The translations under genes and the position numbers were made by a program. A DNA stretch of 64,000 nucleotides from assembly GCA_051294375.1 (NCBI GenBank), contig JBJCIZ010000239.1:2555476-2619475 (forward strand). Direction: 5' to 3'. The stretch is from Paraspadella gotoi. Lineage: Eukaryota > Animalia > Chaetognatha. The notes under the pieces are model-generated. The model was not told the origin of the DNA, ran no database searches, and saw only the letters and a list, made by a program, of their open reading frames with translations. Below, in pieces: positions 36,795 through 47,512 of this stretch; the first letter of the stretch is position 1; every line of letters starts with the position of its first letter.

Positions 36795-37667
36795 ATGCTC
36801 GTTCCCATTTGTCCCCTTTGCACGGAAAGTATGGTAGAGTTGACGAACGTATCCGCCTGCGCCTGCGGACACGCCTTTCATCACGTTTGCATCACGTCCT
36901 GGAAGCGGCTGAGCGCGCGATTCAAAGGCGCCAATTCTTGTCCGTGCTGCGGTTGCGGCGGCGGCGGCTGCCGTCATCGTCGCGCCGACGCTTCCGTTCT
37001 CAAACTTCTCTTCGCTTTCGACCAGAGCCCGGATCCCGGAGGATTGGAGGCGTTGCAAAAGTTGCGAAGTGAAATGCGGAAGCGGGAAAAGGAAACGTCG
37101 ACGATGCTCGACAGCTACGTGAGAGAGATCGACGAGTTGGAAGGAAAACTCAAAACGCTCGTCGAATTGTTGACAACTTTTCGTGAGTCATCCGCCTCTC
37201 ACGATCGGACGTTAGTGTCCGAGAGGAGTCGAAAATTTTTTTCCGAAAGCAACCAGTTTAAAAGGTTCTTCCGTGCGAACATTATTCATCTCGACGCTGA
37301 CGAAAAGTCGAAAACTGGTTCAGTCTCCGCCGAGTGCTCGAGAGCGATCAATCGATCCAAAGTCCTTTTAGCCGGATTGATACAATTGGCGTCCATCTTG
37401 AACTGCGAGGTATCTTCGGGTCGAGAGGTGGGAGGATTAAAAAGACCGTCTTCCGGTTCGTCTATTCCGGATTCCCTTTCGTCGAGAGATGTGCCCGTCA
37501 TTTCGGACGAGCAGGTTATGTCCGGGTCGATCGCGCGACCCTCCACGCCTTCCTACGACTCGAATTTCTCTTTCGTTGACTCTTGTTGCCAAACTGATTT
37601 TATTGAGGACAGCGAATGGGACGAAGAACAATACGAGGTCGACTGGAGCTATGAATACGAATCCTGA
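36795..37667 (+). CDS. RING finger / coiled-coil protein, TRAIP-like
   Basis: N-terminal RING CPLC...CGHAFHHVCITSW...CPCC, then KLLF and a coiled coil. TRAIP orthology is a guess. Confidence 0.65.
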   Translation: MLVPICPLCTESMVELTNVSACACGHAFHHVCITSWKRLSARFKGANSCPCCGCGGGGCRHRRADASVLKLLFAFDQSPDPGGLEALQKLRSEMRKREKETSTMLDSYVREIDELEGKLKTLVELLTTFRESSASHDRTLVSERSRKFFSESNQFKRFFRANIIHLDADEKSKTGSVSAECSRAINRSKVLLAGLIQLASILNCEVSSGREVGGLKRPSSGSSIPDSLSSRDVPVISDEQVMSGSIARPSTPSYDSNFSFVDSCCQTDFIEDSEWDEEQYEVDWSYEYES

Positions 37668-37915
37668 GCTCGATTTTTTTTTTAATAGGCCGATCTATAA
37701 ATACACGTTAGATTTTCGTTTGTTTTTTTTTTGGTAAGTTTTTCCAAATTCAGTTACGTACCTTATCAAACAGCAGAATCCTAAAAGAGCTAAATTAGAA
37801 AATGTCAAGCAGGAGTTACATAAAAAAGTCGCATTTTCCCCTTTTCAGATTAGACATAAGACAGAACCATTAAAATATATCAAGTTAGATAGTTCCCTCG
37901 TTTCTGATCGGCGTG

Positions 37916-40796
37916 ATGGACGCGTCTCGTTATTCGTGGTGCCTCATCGCCGAGCATCTTTACGAGGCGTCGTGGAACTCTTATTTGGCCAACGGTTCCG
38001 TCGCGCCTCATTTGAAGATCGCCTTGGAGGAACTCATTAAAGTTGACAGCGTCGCGGAAATGCTCAGCGATCTCAACAGCGAAGAAAAGGCGGTAATCCT
38101 TTTGCAGAAGCAGGTAACACGGTTTTGCAGCGGGCCCCTTTGGGAGCCCATTTTTCCCTTTTTTTAAGGTTTCTCGGTTGTGACGGTTGATAAGACTTAT
38201 GATTACTCATGGACTGGTAACATTATTCTTGATTCTTTTATATCGTCAAGGTTCGATCTTTCGAATGTCTCGCCAATATTCTCGAAAGCGACAATGACTG
38301 GATTTTGAAGGGCGATGGTCGTTTAACCATTTTGTACGACGCGTTTTTCCGTCTGACTTTCCAGAAAAGTGCCGAGTCCGTGGATGCGAAGATTAGAAAG
38401 GTTTTTTATCCAAGAGATGTAGCTATGTGCCAGCTATAGTAGTAAACTTTAGTTTTTTTATTTTTCCTCTCAGGTAATGGACCAGTTTCTAGTTCAGTTA
38501 GTTTTGGGTGCTTGGTGTTCTCAAGGTGCGATGTACGCTTCAATGGCTTATTCTCAAATGCGTAACATTGTCGGTTTGCAAAACGAAAATTTCAAGACCC
38601 TTCTGCGTTCGGCTTTTGCTTCTGAACTCAAGACAAAAAGTCAAATCTCGCAAGCCGATAGGTTTGGAAGTTGTAATTTATTTTATTATTATGTAGCTTT
38701 TCGAATTTATGCGTTTTGCGCCATGCAGAATTCTCAAGAGCATGTTGGAAGATAACAAGTGGGAAAAATTTAAATCCGTCTTCCTCGCTTGGCTCGAGGA
38801 AGCCTTTCAACCGTCGAAGCTTATTGGATCGGAGACCAAGTTGACCCGTTTGGCCAACGTTTCTCTCGAGAAGTGCGATTCCGGCAAAACAGAACCTATC
38901 GAAGACGATGACGTGAAAGAAAAAAAGGGTGCGTTTATATTCAAACTCTTTATACATAGTTAATTGGAATAGTTATTTAACTAGTTAAAGTTGAATAGAT
39001 TTAGTCTTGGACGAGGATATTCCATGGGATTGTGAAAGCATGTCTTTCTCCCCGGATGAAGACGCCTGGAGTCCCGACGATCCGGCTCATTTGGTCGCTG
39101 ATATCAATGAAGCGTTATACTCTTGGATGAAGAATCCTAACGAGAGAGATTATCCCATTCCTGGAATTATTATTCGATGCAAAGCAAGAGAGATCGCGCT
39201 GAGAAAGGGATGCCGCGACTTCAAAACTACCCCAGCCTGGTTCAACGACTTTCGTACTAATTACGACCTGAGGCCTTTCTACGATCCCTACGCCGAGCTG
39301 CGTTTTCCTGGAGCCGAAGAATGTTCCGGCGGCCATAAAGTTCTGTTAGATTTCCCAAGTCCTCAATCGCATTTCCAGAGATATTGTTACGAGGATCGAG
39401 GACGTCAATACGAGTGGCGCTCGCCTTCGAAATATAGGCATCGATACACGCAGGACAATTGGTTTTCGCAAGGGCGACGAAGTTTCCCCGCGGTTCGCTT
39501 CGAGGGCGAGCAATCACGACCTTGCGAAAATCTCTCCCCGCAGAAGGAAAAATTAGCGAGATTGCGCGAGAAGCTTTGCGATTGGGTCGGGGCCCAACAA
39601 GAACCCGTAAACTCTTTAGAAGCGTCCCCCGCTCTTCACAAAATATGCGACGAGTTCATAGCCATTTGCGAAATCAATTTCGAAAAATTAGGTTTGAAAA
39701 AAGACGAGTGGTTGAAAGAATTTCTGAATACTTACAAAATTGACTCTCACGACGCTATTTCCGAGGAGCAAGCCTCTCATTTGTCTAATAGTACTTTAAG
39801 CATTTCGGACAAACCTCTCTACATTTCCGAGCAGGATTCAGAACTTGTTGAAAACAAAGAAGACGAAAAAGAGATCCAGGTACTTCTATATGATTATGTT
39901 CGTTTTTGTTCATCTGTTTAATTCAAATGTTATCTCAGACTGAAATTGAAGAAAAATGTAAGGCTTTGGCCGAAGAGGCTTTCCGCTTAAATCAACTCGC
40001 CAAGCAGAGTTCGGACTCCAGCTTGGAGTTTGGGGATCACGACTACCGACAGATCGAATCCGATTCTCGTGACAAAAAAAAGCAGCGTTCTTCGCGCGCG
40101 TCCTCTCGCGTCGGCAGCGATCGTTCCAAACTCGAATATAGGCGTTCTCGGTCTCGTCATTCCCGCGCCGCATCGCCCGACCAGTTCCAGGATGAGGAAC
40201 GCAGTTGGTCATGCAAACGCCACAAGTCCGAAGGGCGCGAATCGCGGTTTCGGTCGCGACGAGAACCGCGAGGGTTTCACGACGGCGATGGGGACGTTCG
40301 ACAGGGGCCGAAGGAGCCTCTCTATCATTTTCGCGACGACATAAAGGCCTCAGAACGTGGACGATCCACTTCGAGTTCCACGATCGAAGACGGCGAACAA
40401 TTGGAGACGGCATCGCGGCCGAGACGAAGTTCTCAAATCCTGAACGAGCTGATCAACGTCGAGCTCGACGTCAATCGATGGATCAAGGCCAACGATGCCG
40501 ACGGATCAATTGGCGACGTCCTCCGAGTCAAGGCTTACAAATTCGCGGTGGCGCGCGGGCTCGATATCGACATTGGTCATTTCTCAGAGGAATGGCTCGC
40601 CAATTTCAAGTCTCGCTATTTGAACGTCGGCGAAGCAGAGGATGAAGAAAGGAAGAACGAAAATGTGGGATCGTCAACTTCGGGAGAGGCCTCGAAATCT
40701 TCTTCGGCGAAAATGGAGAAACCCGCGACCGATCCGATTTCATCGAGTACTTCAAAGGACAGTGGCTTTGGGGATAATGGCGAAAGAGCCGAGTGA
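37916..40796 (+). CDS. Uncharacterised protein with a helical N-terminus and 2-3 CENP-B/Tc5-type HTH domains (about 6 exons)
   Basis: Exons 37916-38113, 38251-38400, 38474-38661, 38729-38928, about 39005-39879 and 39939-40796 join in frame. EALYSWMK...IIRCKAREIALRKGCRDFKTTPAWFNDFRTNY and LDVNRWIK...LRVKAYKFA...FSEEWLANFKSRY resemble HTH_Tnp_Tc5. Confidence 0.7.
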
Positions 40797-41739
40797 CGAA
40801 TTCGTTGATTTGTAAGCGTCCGATTTCTTTCTGTAAATGAATCCGAAAGATTATACATGATAATAATGGCGGAATAAATGATCATACGTCCATGTTCATT
40901 CATTCGTGTTTTCTAACATTTGACAATTATTTTAGCTTAGTTTAAGCAAGAGTTTTTTCGATTCGATCAGAACTTTCAAAATACATTTTTGTTGCTAATT
41001 ATAGATAGTTTTCACAGTTTCCAGTGTTTTAATTTTGTGGTTCTTTTCGATTTTTAAATGTGAAGTATTTAAAATCGCATATTTCCCCCGAGTATAATCA
41101 AAAAATTTTTTTTCTGATGCACAGATTACGTTTTTTCAATAGAGCATAAATAAAAGAACTTTTGTAAAGGCCAGTCGACCATAACTCCGATTCTCTCTTT
41201 GTCTCCCAATTAAGTAAGATATATTGACTTTCGTCTCCCCGTCTCTCTATCGCGATCATTCGAGATTCGGCGTTTGAAAAAGACTCATTGGACTAATAAA
41301 CGTTTCTTCGTCTTCTCTAGTATTTCTTAAGTATTTCTTCAGTCTTTCATCGTGATCAATTGTAACTCTTCGTGTTTGATAGTGATTATTACTTTTAGTA
41401 GTATTTAATAACTGTCTGTTTGAATATCTATATGCTTTGATTTTTTTATTAAGGTACCCATTAAATATCAAGACGCCAAGTGGATAAGAACTATTTATAA
41501 ACATTACGGCGCCCGCAATCCCGTCTTCAGTACTGATTCTCTCCCGACGTCTTCTCCCTCTCTGTTAGGTCGAGGAGGGGGTTCTTTTCATTTAGATATA
41601 AAACCGGAGCAATACTTTAAATTCTACTTTTCACTTGGTTTTTCCTACTTTTGCTTCTTTTTTTTATCATTTAGTGATTTTGGCTTCTGTAAATGTCTAG
41701 TACGTTGAACAACTGTCATACTGAGCGTACAGCGTAACA

Positions 41740-41994
41740 ATGGCCAGAAAAGACGCGTCTAAAGCTTCCACGGCCGCGATGCCTGTTGACCGTTATCGAC
41801 AGGAAATCGGACGGCACAATAAACGCAAAGCGGACCGAATTAACAAGGCAGACAAGCAAAGAAGAGAGGCCGACGCGGAGGTTGACGCCACCGTCCAACA
41901 ATGGCCCCTTCTAATTTTCGGACTCATATCTGTCACCTGCGGGATCGTATATCTCGCCTTTTATTTTTGGTTGGACCCGCCTCCTCCGTATTAA
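41740..41994 (+). CDS. TRIQK: Triple QxxK/R motif-containing protein
   Basis: MARKDA...MPVDRYRQEIG N-terminus plus a C-terminal TM helix, 84 aa. Confidence 0.8.
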   Translation: MARKDASKASTAAMPVDRYRQEIGRHNKRKADRINKADKQRREADAEVDATVQQWPLLIFGLISVTCGIVYLAFYFWLDPPPPY

Positions 41995-42245
41995 AACTTT
42001 TGGAAGAAGCGAGACGATTCCCACCGGCACCCAAAGCCACGACTTAAAATCCTGTGATACGTACCAAAATATAGCTTAAATCGGCTGGGGTTTTTTTTTA
42101 ACCATTCCGCATAGAAAATCTTTTTAATATTTAACGGTGATAGGCATCATAAAATTTATTGCCTATCAGTATCGAATGTTTTTTCCATCGGTGCTTTTTA
42201 ATTATTATTTGTCTTTTAGATTATAAATTATTTATCCAAAACACA

Positions 42246-42839
42246 ATGGAGCAAGTTCAAAGCCGCGTTCAAACATCCATCACCACTCTGATGGAAAAAC
42301 TGGACAAAGAATACCTGCGCCAACTTCAAGGCGACATGTATCGGTGCAACGCGAAATGCTGCGACGATTCTTCCTTGCAGATGCATCAGGTACAACGTTG
42401 CATAGAGACCTGCTCGATGCCAATGACCAGCTCTCAAAAGTACGTCGAGGGCGAGGTCCAAAACTTTCAAAATCGTCTCCAACGTTGCGCTTATCAATGT
42501 CAAGATCAAACTCGGGACAAAGTCACTCCTTCGACGACCGAGGCCCAGATGGAAGGCTACAAACGCGAAATGGAATCTTGCATCGTCAAGTGCGGCGACG
42601 ACCACGTGGCTCTCGTGGACAACATGTTGGTCAGAATGCGGGAGACGTTGAAGCTGGCTCGTGATAAGCAGCAAGGAGTGCAGGTTCCGACGACGCCTTT
42701 GGCGACTGCGAGTCCTATACGGCCGGGAATGACTGGTGGATATAGTGGCGGCGCTCCGCCCATGTTTCCGTCCCGCATGCCCGCAGGAGCCTCTCCTTTC
42801 GGGATGCCGATGGGCCTCGGTGCTGGAGATGATGACTGA
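42246..42839 (+). CDS. FAM136A: FAM136A (DUF842) protein with a P/G/M-rich C-terminal tail
   Basis: LRQLQGDMYRCNAKCCDD, VQRCIETC, FQNRLQRCAYQCQD, CIVKCGDDH twin CX3C pattern. Confidence 0.9.
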   Translation: MEQVQSRVQTSITTLMEKLDKEYLRQLQGDMYRCNAKCCDDSSLQMHQVQRCIETCSMPMTSSQKYVEGEVQNFQNRLQRCAYQCQDQTRDKVTPSTTEAQMEGYKREMESCIVKCGDDHVALVDNMLVRMRETLKLARDKQQGVQVPTTPLATASPIRPGMTGGYSGGAPPMFPSRMPAGASPFGMPMGLGAGDDD

Positions 42840-43160
42840 GGCTTGATATATGTTTAAAAATTGCTTCTCTACAGTGAATCTACGTGCCAAGTGTTGAACT
42901 ACGTGTCAAAAGTGAAATTGTGGAATTCTCAAGGCTGTGTCACCGAAAAGGGTTATTTCTGCTTTAAAAGAGGCGTCGGCAATCTTCTGCAAAAATTGCT
43001 GTTTTTATTTTAAGTGTGCCTAAATGCATAATTTTTAAAAATTAAAAAAGTAAGAAAAGTTTTTACTAAAGAACTGGTGACTCTCATCAATCATTTAAAA
43101 TTTGTTTTAATATATTTACACTTGTTGATATTTTTACTTCCCATAGATATTTAATTTACA

Positions 43161-43883
43161 ATGGTTAGTTTTAACTTTAACATCAATGTCCCATGGCCAA
43201 CTCACATGGACTATGCTGGCCAAGGAAAGGCGGAAAAGATATTCCAGATTATCATCATGGTCTTCGCCGGCGTTGGTTTCGTTTGGGGTTACATGTGTCA
43301 ACAGGCAAGACACCAACGTAGACATATATTGTTTAATATTATTTATTTTATTTTTATCTATATTCATTTAATTTATTCCTTCATTCAATTTAATAAGATT
43401 GATTTATTTTTTAAAATTTTAATGATTCAATTTTTGTATTAGTAATTTTTTATTTATATTACTTAAATTATTTTTTTCATTCGTTTATTTTATATACGAT
43501 TTGTTTCTCTTATAATACCGTCGTTGTAAGCAAACCTGCATCTTTTAAGACTATTTCTTTCTTTTTTTCCGGATAAGATTATTATTAAGATTTATAAATT
43601 ATTCATGAACAAACTTTGTTAATAAAGTCCTGCGAGATCATTATACTTTTTTTTTTTTTAGTTCTCCCAGACGATGTACATCCTCGCGGCTGGCTTTATC
43701 CTGAGTTGCCTTCTCACTCTTCCTCCGTGGCCGATGTATCGCCAGAAACCGTTGCGATGGCAACCCGCCCGCGAGATCGTCGTCGATGAGAAGACTGGAG
43801 AGACTCTTCTAGTCGCGCCTGGAGCAGTTAAGGGCACGCCGATCAAGCACGCCACAGCCCCGAAGGGCAAGAAAAAGAAATAA
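43161..43883 (+). CDS. SPCS1: Signal peptidase complex subunit 1 (exons 43161-43304, 43662-43883; GC-AG intron)
   Basis: PTHMDYAGQGKAEKIFQIII...GYMCQQ|FSQTMYI...LTLPPWPMYRQKPLRWQ. Confidence 0.9.
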
Positions 43884-44152
43884 ACGGGATCTGATATCAC
43901 GCAGACAAGAAACATTCCGCGCATTTAACAAGAATTTTTTTTTTTATTCGAATGACATACTAGAAACTCATTTCGTAGTATTTAAATATTCCTGCGATTA
44001 ATTTTCAAGAGAGCTTACAATACTATTTCGATGTTCGATGAGAGTTTTTATGGATCTTATTTAGAAGAGATGAAATCATTACACGGACGAACCAAAAAAT
44101 GTTTATAAACTGTCGTAACGTATAGATCAGTGAGTCCATTTCAAGACGAACA

Positions 44153-45997
44153 ATGCCTCAGATCAGAAGGAACTCGGGAGTAACATCCACCACGAACTCG
44201 GCGGAGCCCCTCAGCAGTCACAACTCTTTGGACCTCGAAAATCTGAGCGCTTCCATCCCTACTGCGCAAACTGCCGACGATTCGCTCACGACACCCGCCA
44301 CGCCCTCTATTCTTCTCGACGCTAGCCTCAATGCCTCGATCTTCACTTCACCGGAAACGGAGGCGTCTCCGCAACCCGTGCTCGACGCCAACATCGAACA
44401 TCTCCTCGCCTCCGTTCCATCGTTGCTCCGTGCCTTTCGCGTCACGCAGAAGATCGGCGAGGGAACTTTCAGCACCGTTTTTAAAGCGAACCCGGTCGAC
44501 TCTCGTCTCAGTCACGTCACTGTCGCTCTGAAGCACATCATCCCCGCATCGAAGCCGCAGCGCACGGAAAACGAAGTCAAATGCCTCAAAGACTTGGACG
44601 GCCGCGACAACGTCTGTCCCATTCTCTCCTGCATCCGAGAGAACGACCACCTGGTTCTCGTAATGCCGCACATGCCTCACGATCGATTCCAGGACTACAT
44701 GCTGGACATGGACGTGGATGACGTTAAGGACTACATGTGGAACCTCATGCTCTCCTTGCGCAAAGTTCATTCTCTCAACATCATCCATCGCGACATCAAA
44801 CCGGCCAACTTTCTCTTCAATCGCGCCGCGCGGACCTACTGTCTCGTCGATTTCGGTCTGGCTCATCCGATCGTAGTTCCGACTACTCCCGAGCGTTCGA
44901 CCGGAAGGCGAAAGTCGACCTCGGCGACCGTCGATGCGGCGGCGCTGAGGAAATCTCCGCGGAAAACGTGCAAACCGGAATCGTATAGTGAGAAGATACT
45001 GGCTTCTCCGCAGAAGCGGAAGATAGAAGCGACCGAATCGGCGGCGCTCGAAGAATCCCCCAAAAAACGAGAGAAGAGGATGACGACTTCGAGGCCTGAT
45101 CTTCGAGGAAAGGCGAAGCAGCTGTTTTCGCCGGAAAAGGAAACTGGCGAGTTTTCCCGCAGGCACCCTCCGCTTCCCGAAAATGACGTTCACAACGTGA
45201 TCGCTGCCAAGGGCACCTTCAAGTCGCCTCGAAGGGTGCTTCTTCAAAAGCGCCTGGCCGATAATCAGGCCGATGGAGGGGCTCAGCCGCAATTGAGACC
45301 TCAAAGCTTGATGTTTGGTCAAGTTTTGAGTCCCGCCGGTCGGACGTTGCTCAGCAAACACTCGTCGGTCGGTGGATCTCGAGGGCGACTTTCGTCGACG
45401 TCCGGGCCTCTTCGTGCCAGCCATCATGCTCTGAAATCCGCACCCAAATGCAATTGTCTTGGCAAAAACACGTTTTGCTCCGTTTGCTCCGTACGCCCTC
45501 ATCAGAACGCGAATCGCGCTGGGACGCCCGGGTTCCGTTCTCCCGAGGTTCTGCTCAAATCCAACCAGCAGGGAACGGCCATTGACGTTTGGTCGGCGGG
45601 CGTTATTTTTCTCTCCATCCTCAGCGGTTGTTACCCTTTTTTCAAAGCCTCGGGCGACACGATCGCTCTGGCGCAGATCATCGCTCTCTTCGGCATCGAA
45701 AAGTTGGAAAAAACCGCGTCTCGTTTGGGTAAAAAACTCGTTTGCAGCGAACGCGCTCCCGCCATCGATCTGCGCGTTGTGTGCGAGCGCTTGCGAGCCT
45801 CCGCCCGCTTGGCCAAGTTTGGTCGAACGCGCGTCGAGGAGATGGGTCCGGAAAGTTTTCCACAAAGTGCCTACGATTTGCTGGAGCGACTTCTAGACGT
45901 CGACGCGCATACGAGGATTTCGGCCGAAGAAGCTCTTTGGCATCCTTTTCTCAGTAACATTTCCGAGAAAAAGTTAAAAAGATCGGAGGAGATTTGA
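44153..45997 (+). CDS. CDC7: Cell division cycle 7 kinase, intronless
   Basis: KIGEGTFSTVF, VALKHII, HRDIKPANFLF, LVDFGLA, long kinase insert with CNC...CSVC, ANRAGTPGFRSPEVL, RISAEEALWHPF. Confidence 0.95.
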   Translation: MPQIRRNSGVTSTTNSAEPLSSHNSLDLENLSASIPTAQTADDSLTTPATPSILLDASLNASIFTSPETEASPQPVLDANIEHLLASVPSLLRAFRVTQKIGEGTFSTVFKANPVDSRLSHVTVALKHIIPASKPQRTENEVKCLKDLDGRDNVCPILSCIRENDHLVLVMPHMPHDRFQDYMLDMDVDDVKDYMWNLMLSLRKVHSLNIIHRDIKPANFLFNRAARTYCLVDFGLAHPIVVPTTPERSTGRRKSTSATVDAAALRKSPRKTCKPESYSEKILASPQKRKIEATESAALEESPKKREKRMTTSRPDLRGKAKQLFSPEKETGEFSRRHPPLPENDVHNVIAAKGTFKSPRRVLLQKRLADNQADGGAQPQLRPQSLMFGQVLSPAGRTLLSKHSSVGGSRGRLSSTSGPLRASHHALKSAPKCNCLGKNTFCSVCSVRPHQNANRAGTPGFRSPEVLLKSNQQGTAIDVWSAGVIFLSILSGCYPFFKASGDTIALAQIIALFGIEKLEKTASRLGKKLVCSERAPAIDLRVVCERLRASARLAKFGRTRVEEMGPESFPQSAYDLLERLLDVDAHTRISAEEALWHPFLSNISEKKLKRSEEI

Positions 45998-46239
45998 GAT
46001 TATTTTGTCTTTTTTTATCCATTGGTTAACCATATTACTGTTACTTGTTTAGATAACTTGCACCGAAATTTGAGCTCGTTTTTGAATAATAAAATCGTTT
46101 TAAATTAGTTTAAAAATCTGTTCATAAAATAGCTTCACATGTGGCAGCAAGACACACACACTTAATATGCCTTTTTGTCGGTTTTGTTTACTGTTTTTTT
46201 GTTTTTTTTTTACTGCTATATTTATTTTTAGTTGTAACC

Positions 46240-46848
46240 ATGGGTATGGAAGACACGTTATTCCAACTAAAATTTTCCTCCAAACAACTGGAAAAATTAT
46301 CCAAAAAATCTGAAAAGGAACAAAAGGTTCAAGAAGCCAAAGTGAAAAAAGCCATCGAGAACAAGAACCTCGAATTGGCTCGAATTCACGCCGAAAACGC
46401 CATCCGCAAAAAGAATGAGGGACTCAACTATCTCCGATTGGCGTCTAAAGTGGACGGCGTCGCCTCCCGCGTCCAGACCGCAATGACCATGAAATCCGTC
46501 ACCCGCACCATGGAAGGAGTCACCAAAGCCATGGCCAAAGCCATGGACAAAATGGATCTTCAAGAGGTGGAGAAAATCATGTCCAAATTCGAGACGCAAG
46601 TGGAGAACCTCGACGTCCATTCGACGACCCTCACCGACGCCATGGGATCCGCGACGACGTTGACCACGCCGCAGAATCAAGTCGACGCCCTTATCAACCA
46701 AGTGGCCGAAGAGTCCGGACTGGAAATTATGGACAAGATGGCCGAGCTTTCCGAGGCCAAAGACTCTGTCGGCGTTGGCGCTACCTCGTCTCGAACGACC
46801 CAGCAAGAGGACAGCCTTAACCATAGGCTGGCCGAACTGAGAAATTGA
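46240..46848 (+). CDS. CHMP1A: ESCRT-III charged multivesicular body protein 1a, intronless
   Basis: [41 protein letters not shown]-terminal [16 protein letters not shown]. Confidence 0.93.
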   Translation: MGMEDTLFQLKFSSKQLEKLSKKSEKEQKVQEAKVKKAIENKNLELARIHAENAIRKKNEGLNYLRLASKVDGVASRVQTAMTMKSVTRTMEGVTKAMAKAMDKMDLQEVEKIMSKFETQVENLDVHSTTLTDAMGSATTLTTPQNQVDALINQVAEESGLEIMDKMAELSEAKDSVGVGATSSRTTQQEDSLNHRLAELRN

Positions 46849-47512
46849 ATTTGAACTTCTTTTGGTCGAATATTGGGGTGGGAATGGTCGGAGAACGTCT
46901 GAAAGTTTCAAAATGTGTAATTATTTTTCATTGGTGGCGAGGAAGCAATTATCTGGTGGCATTGTACAATGTACATTTTCATTAAACTGTGATATTATTT
47001 GGTTTTTTATATATATCCTAAAGCTCGGTAGATTTCTTAAACAATGATTTCCGCTGCTTAAAAAAAAAAGTGTCTTTTTTGCACTTTCTTTTTTTTTATA
47101 GTCGGTTTGTCAGCTTGCTTTTGAATTTGAAAATTGAGCAAACGGAAAAATGAAGGTTTCATGTTCTCGCTTTTTAAAGTTTTTTTGTGACTTGCTTGTC
47201 TCTGAGTTTTACGTAATAGGTCCAGGGCTGTACTTAAGTTTTTTTGGACGCTAATTAGTTAGAAAAAAAGAATAGGTTTTTCAAATTAGCTCATTCCACC
47301 GAAGTCCCGATTAAAATAGCTCAGTAGTAAGCAAAGTAATGTCCCCCCCTGGAGCCAACGTGTGCTTTTTCCACTTTCCTTCCTTTTGATAACGAGTTGA
47401 GCTTTTCTGTAATTTTTTTTCTGTCCTAGCCTCATATTCACGGGGAGATAATATTGTCCTTCTGTGATGTAAACGGCATTTAATCGAAACTTAATGCAGT
47501 AAAAACGTGAAA

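Noticed and set aside
44348-45865. 505-aa minus-strand ORF antisense to CDC7, and similar shadow ORFs over FAM136A, CHMP1A, PPP4C, ELL and SLCO
   Set aside because: No recognisable motifs. Explained by GC-rich codon usage of the + strand genes, which removes antisense stop codons.
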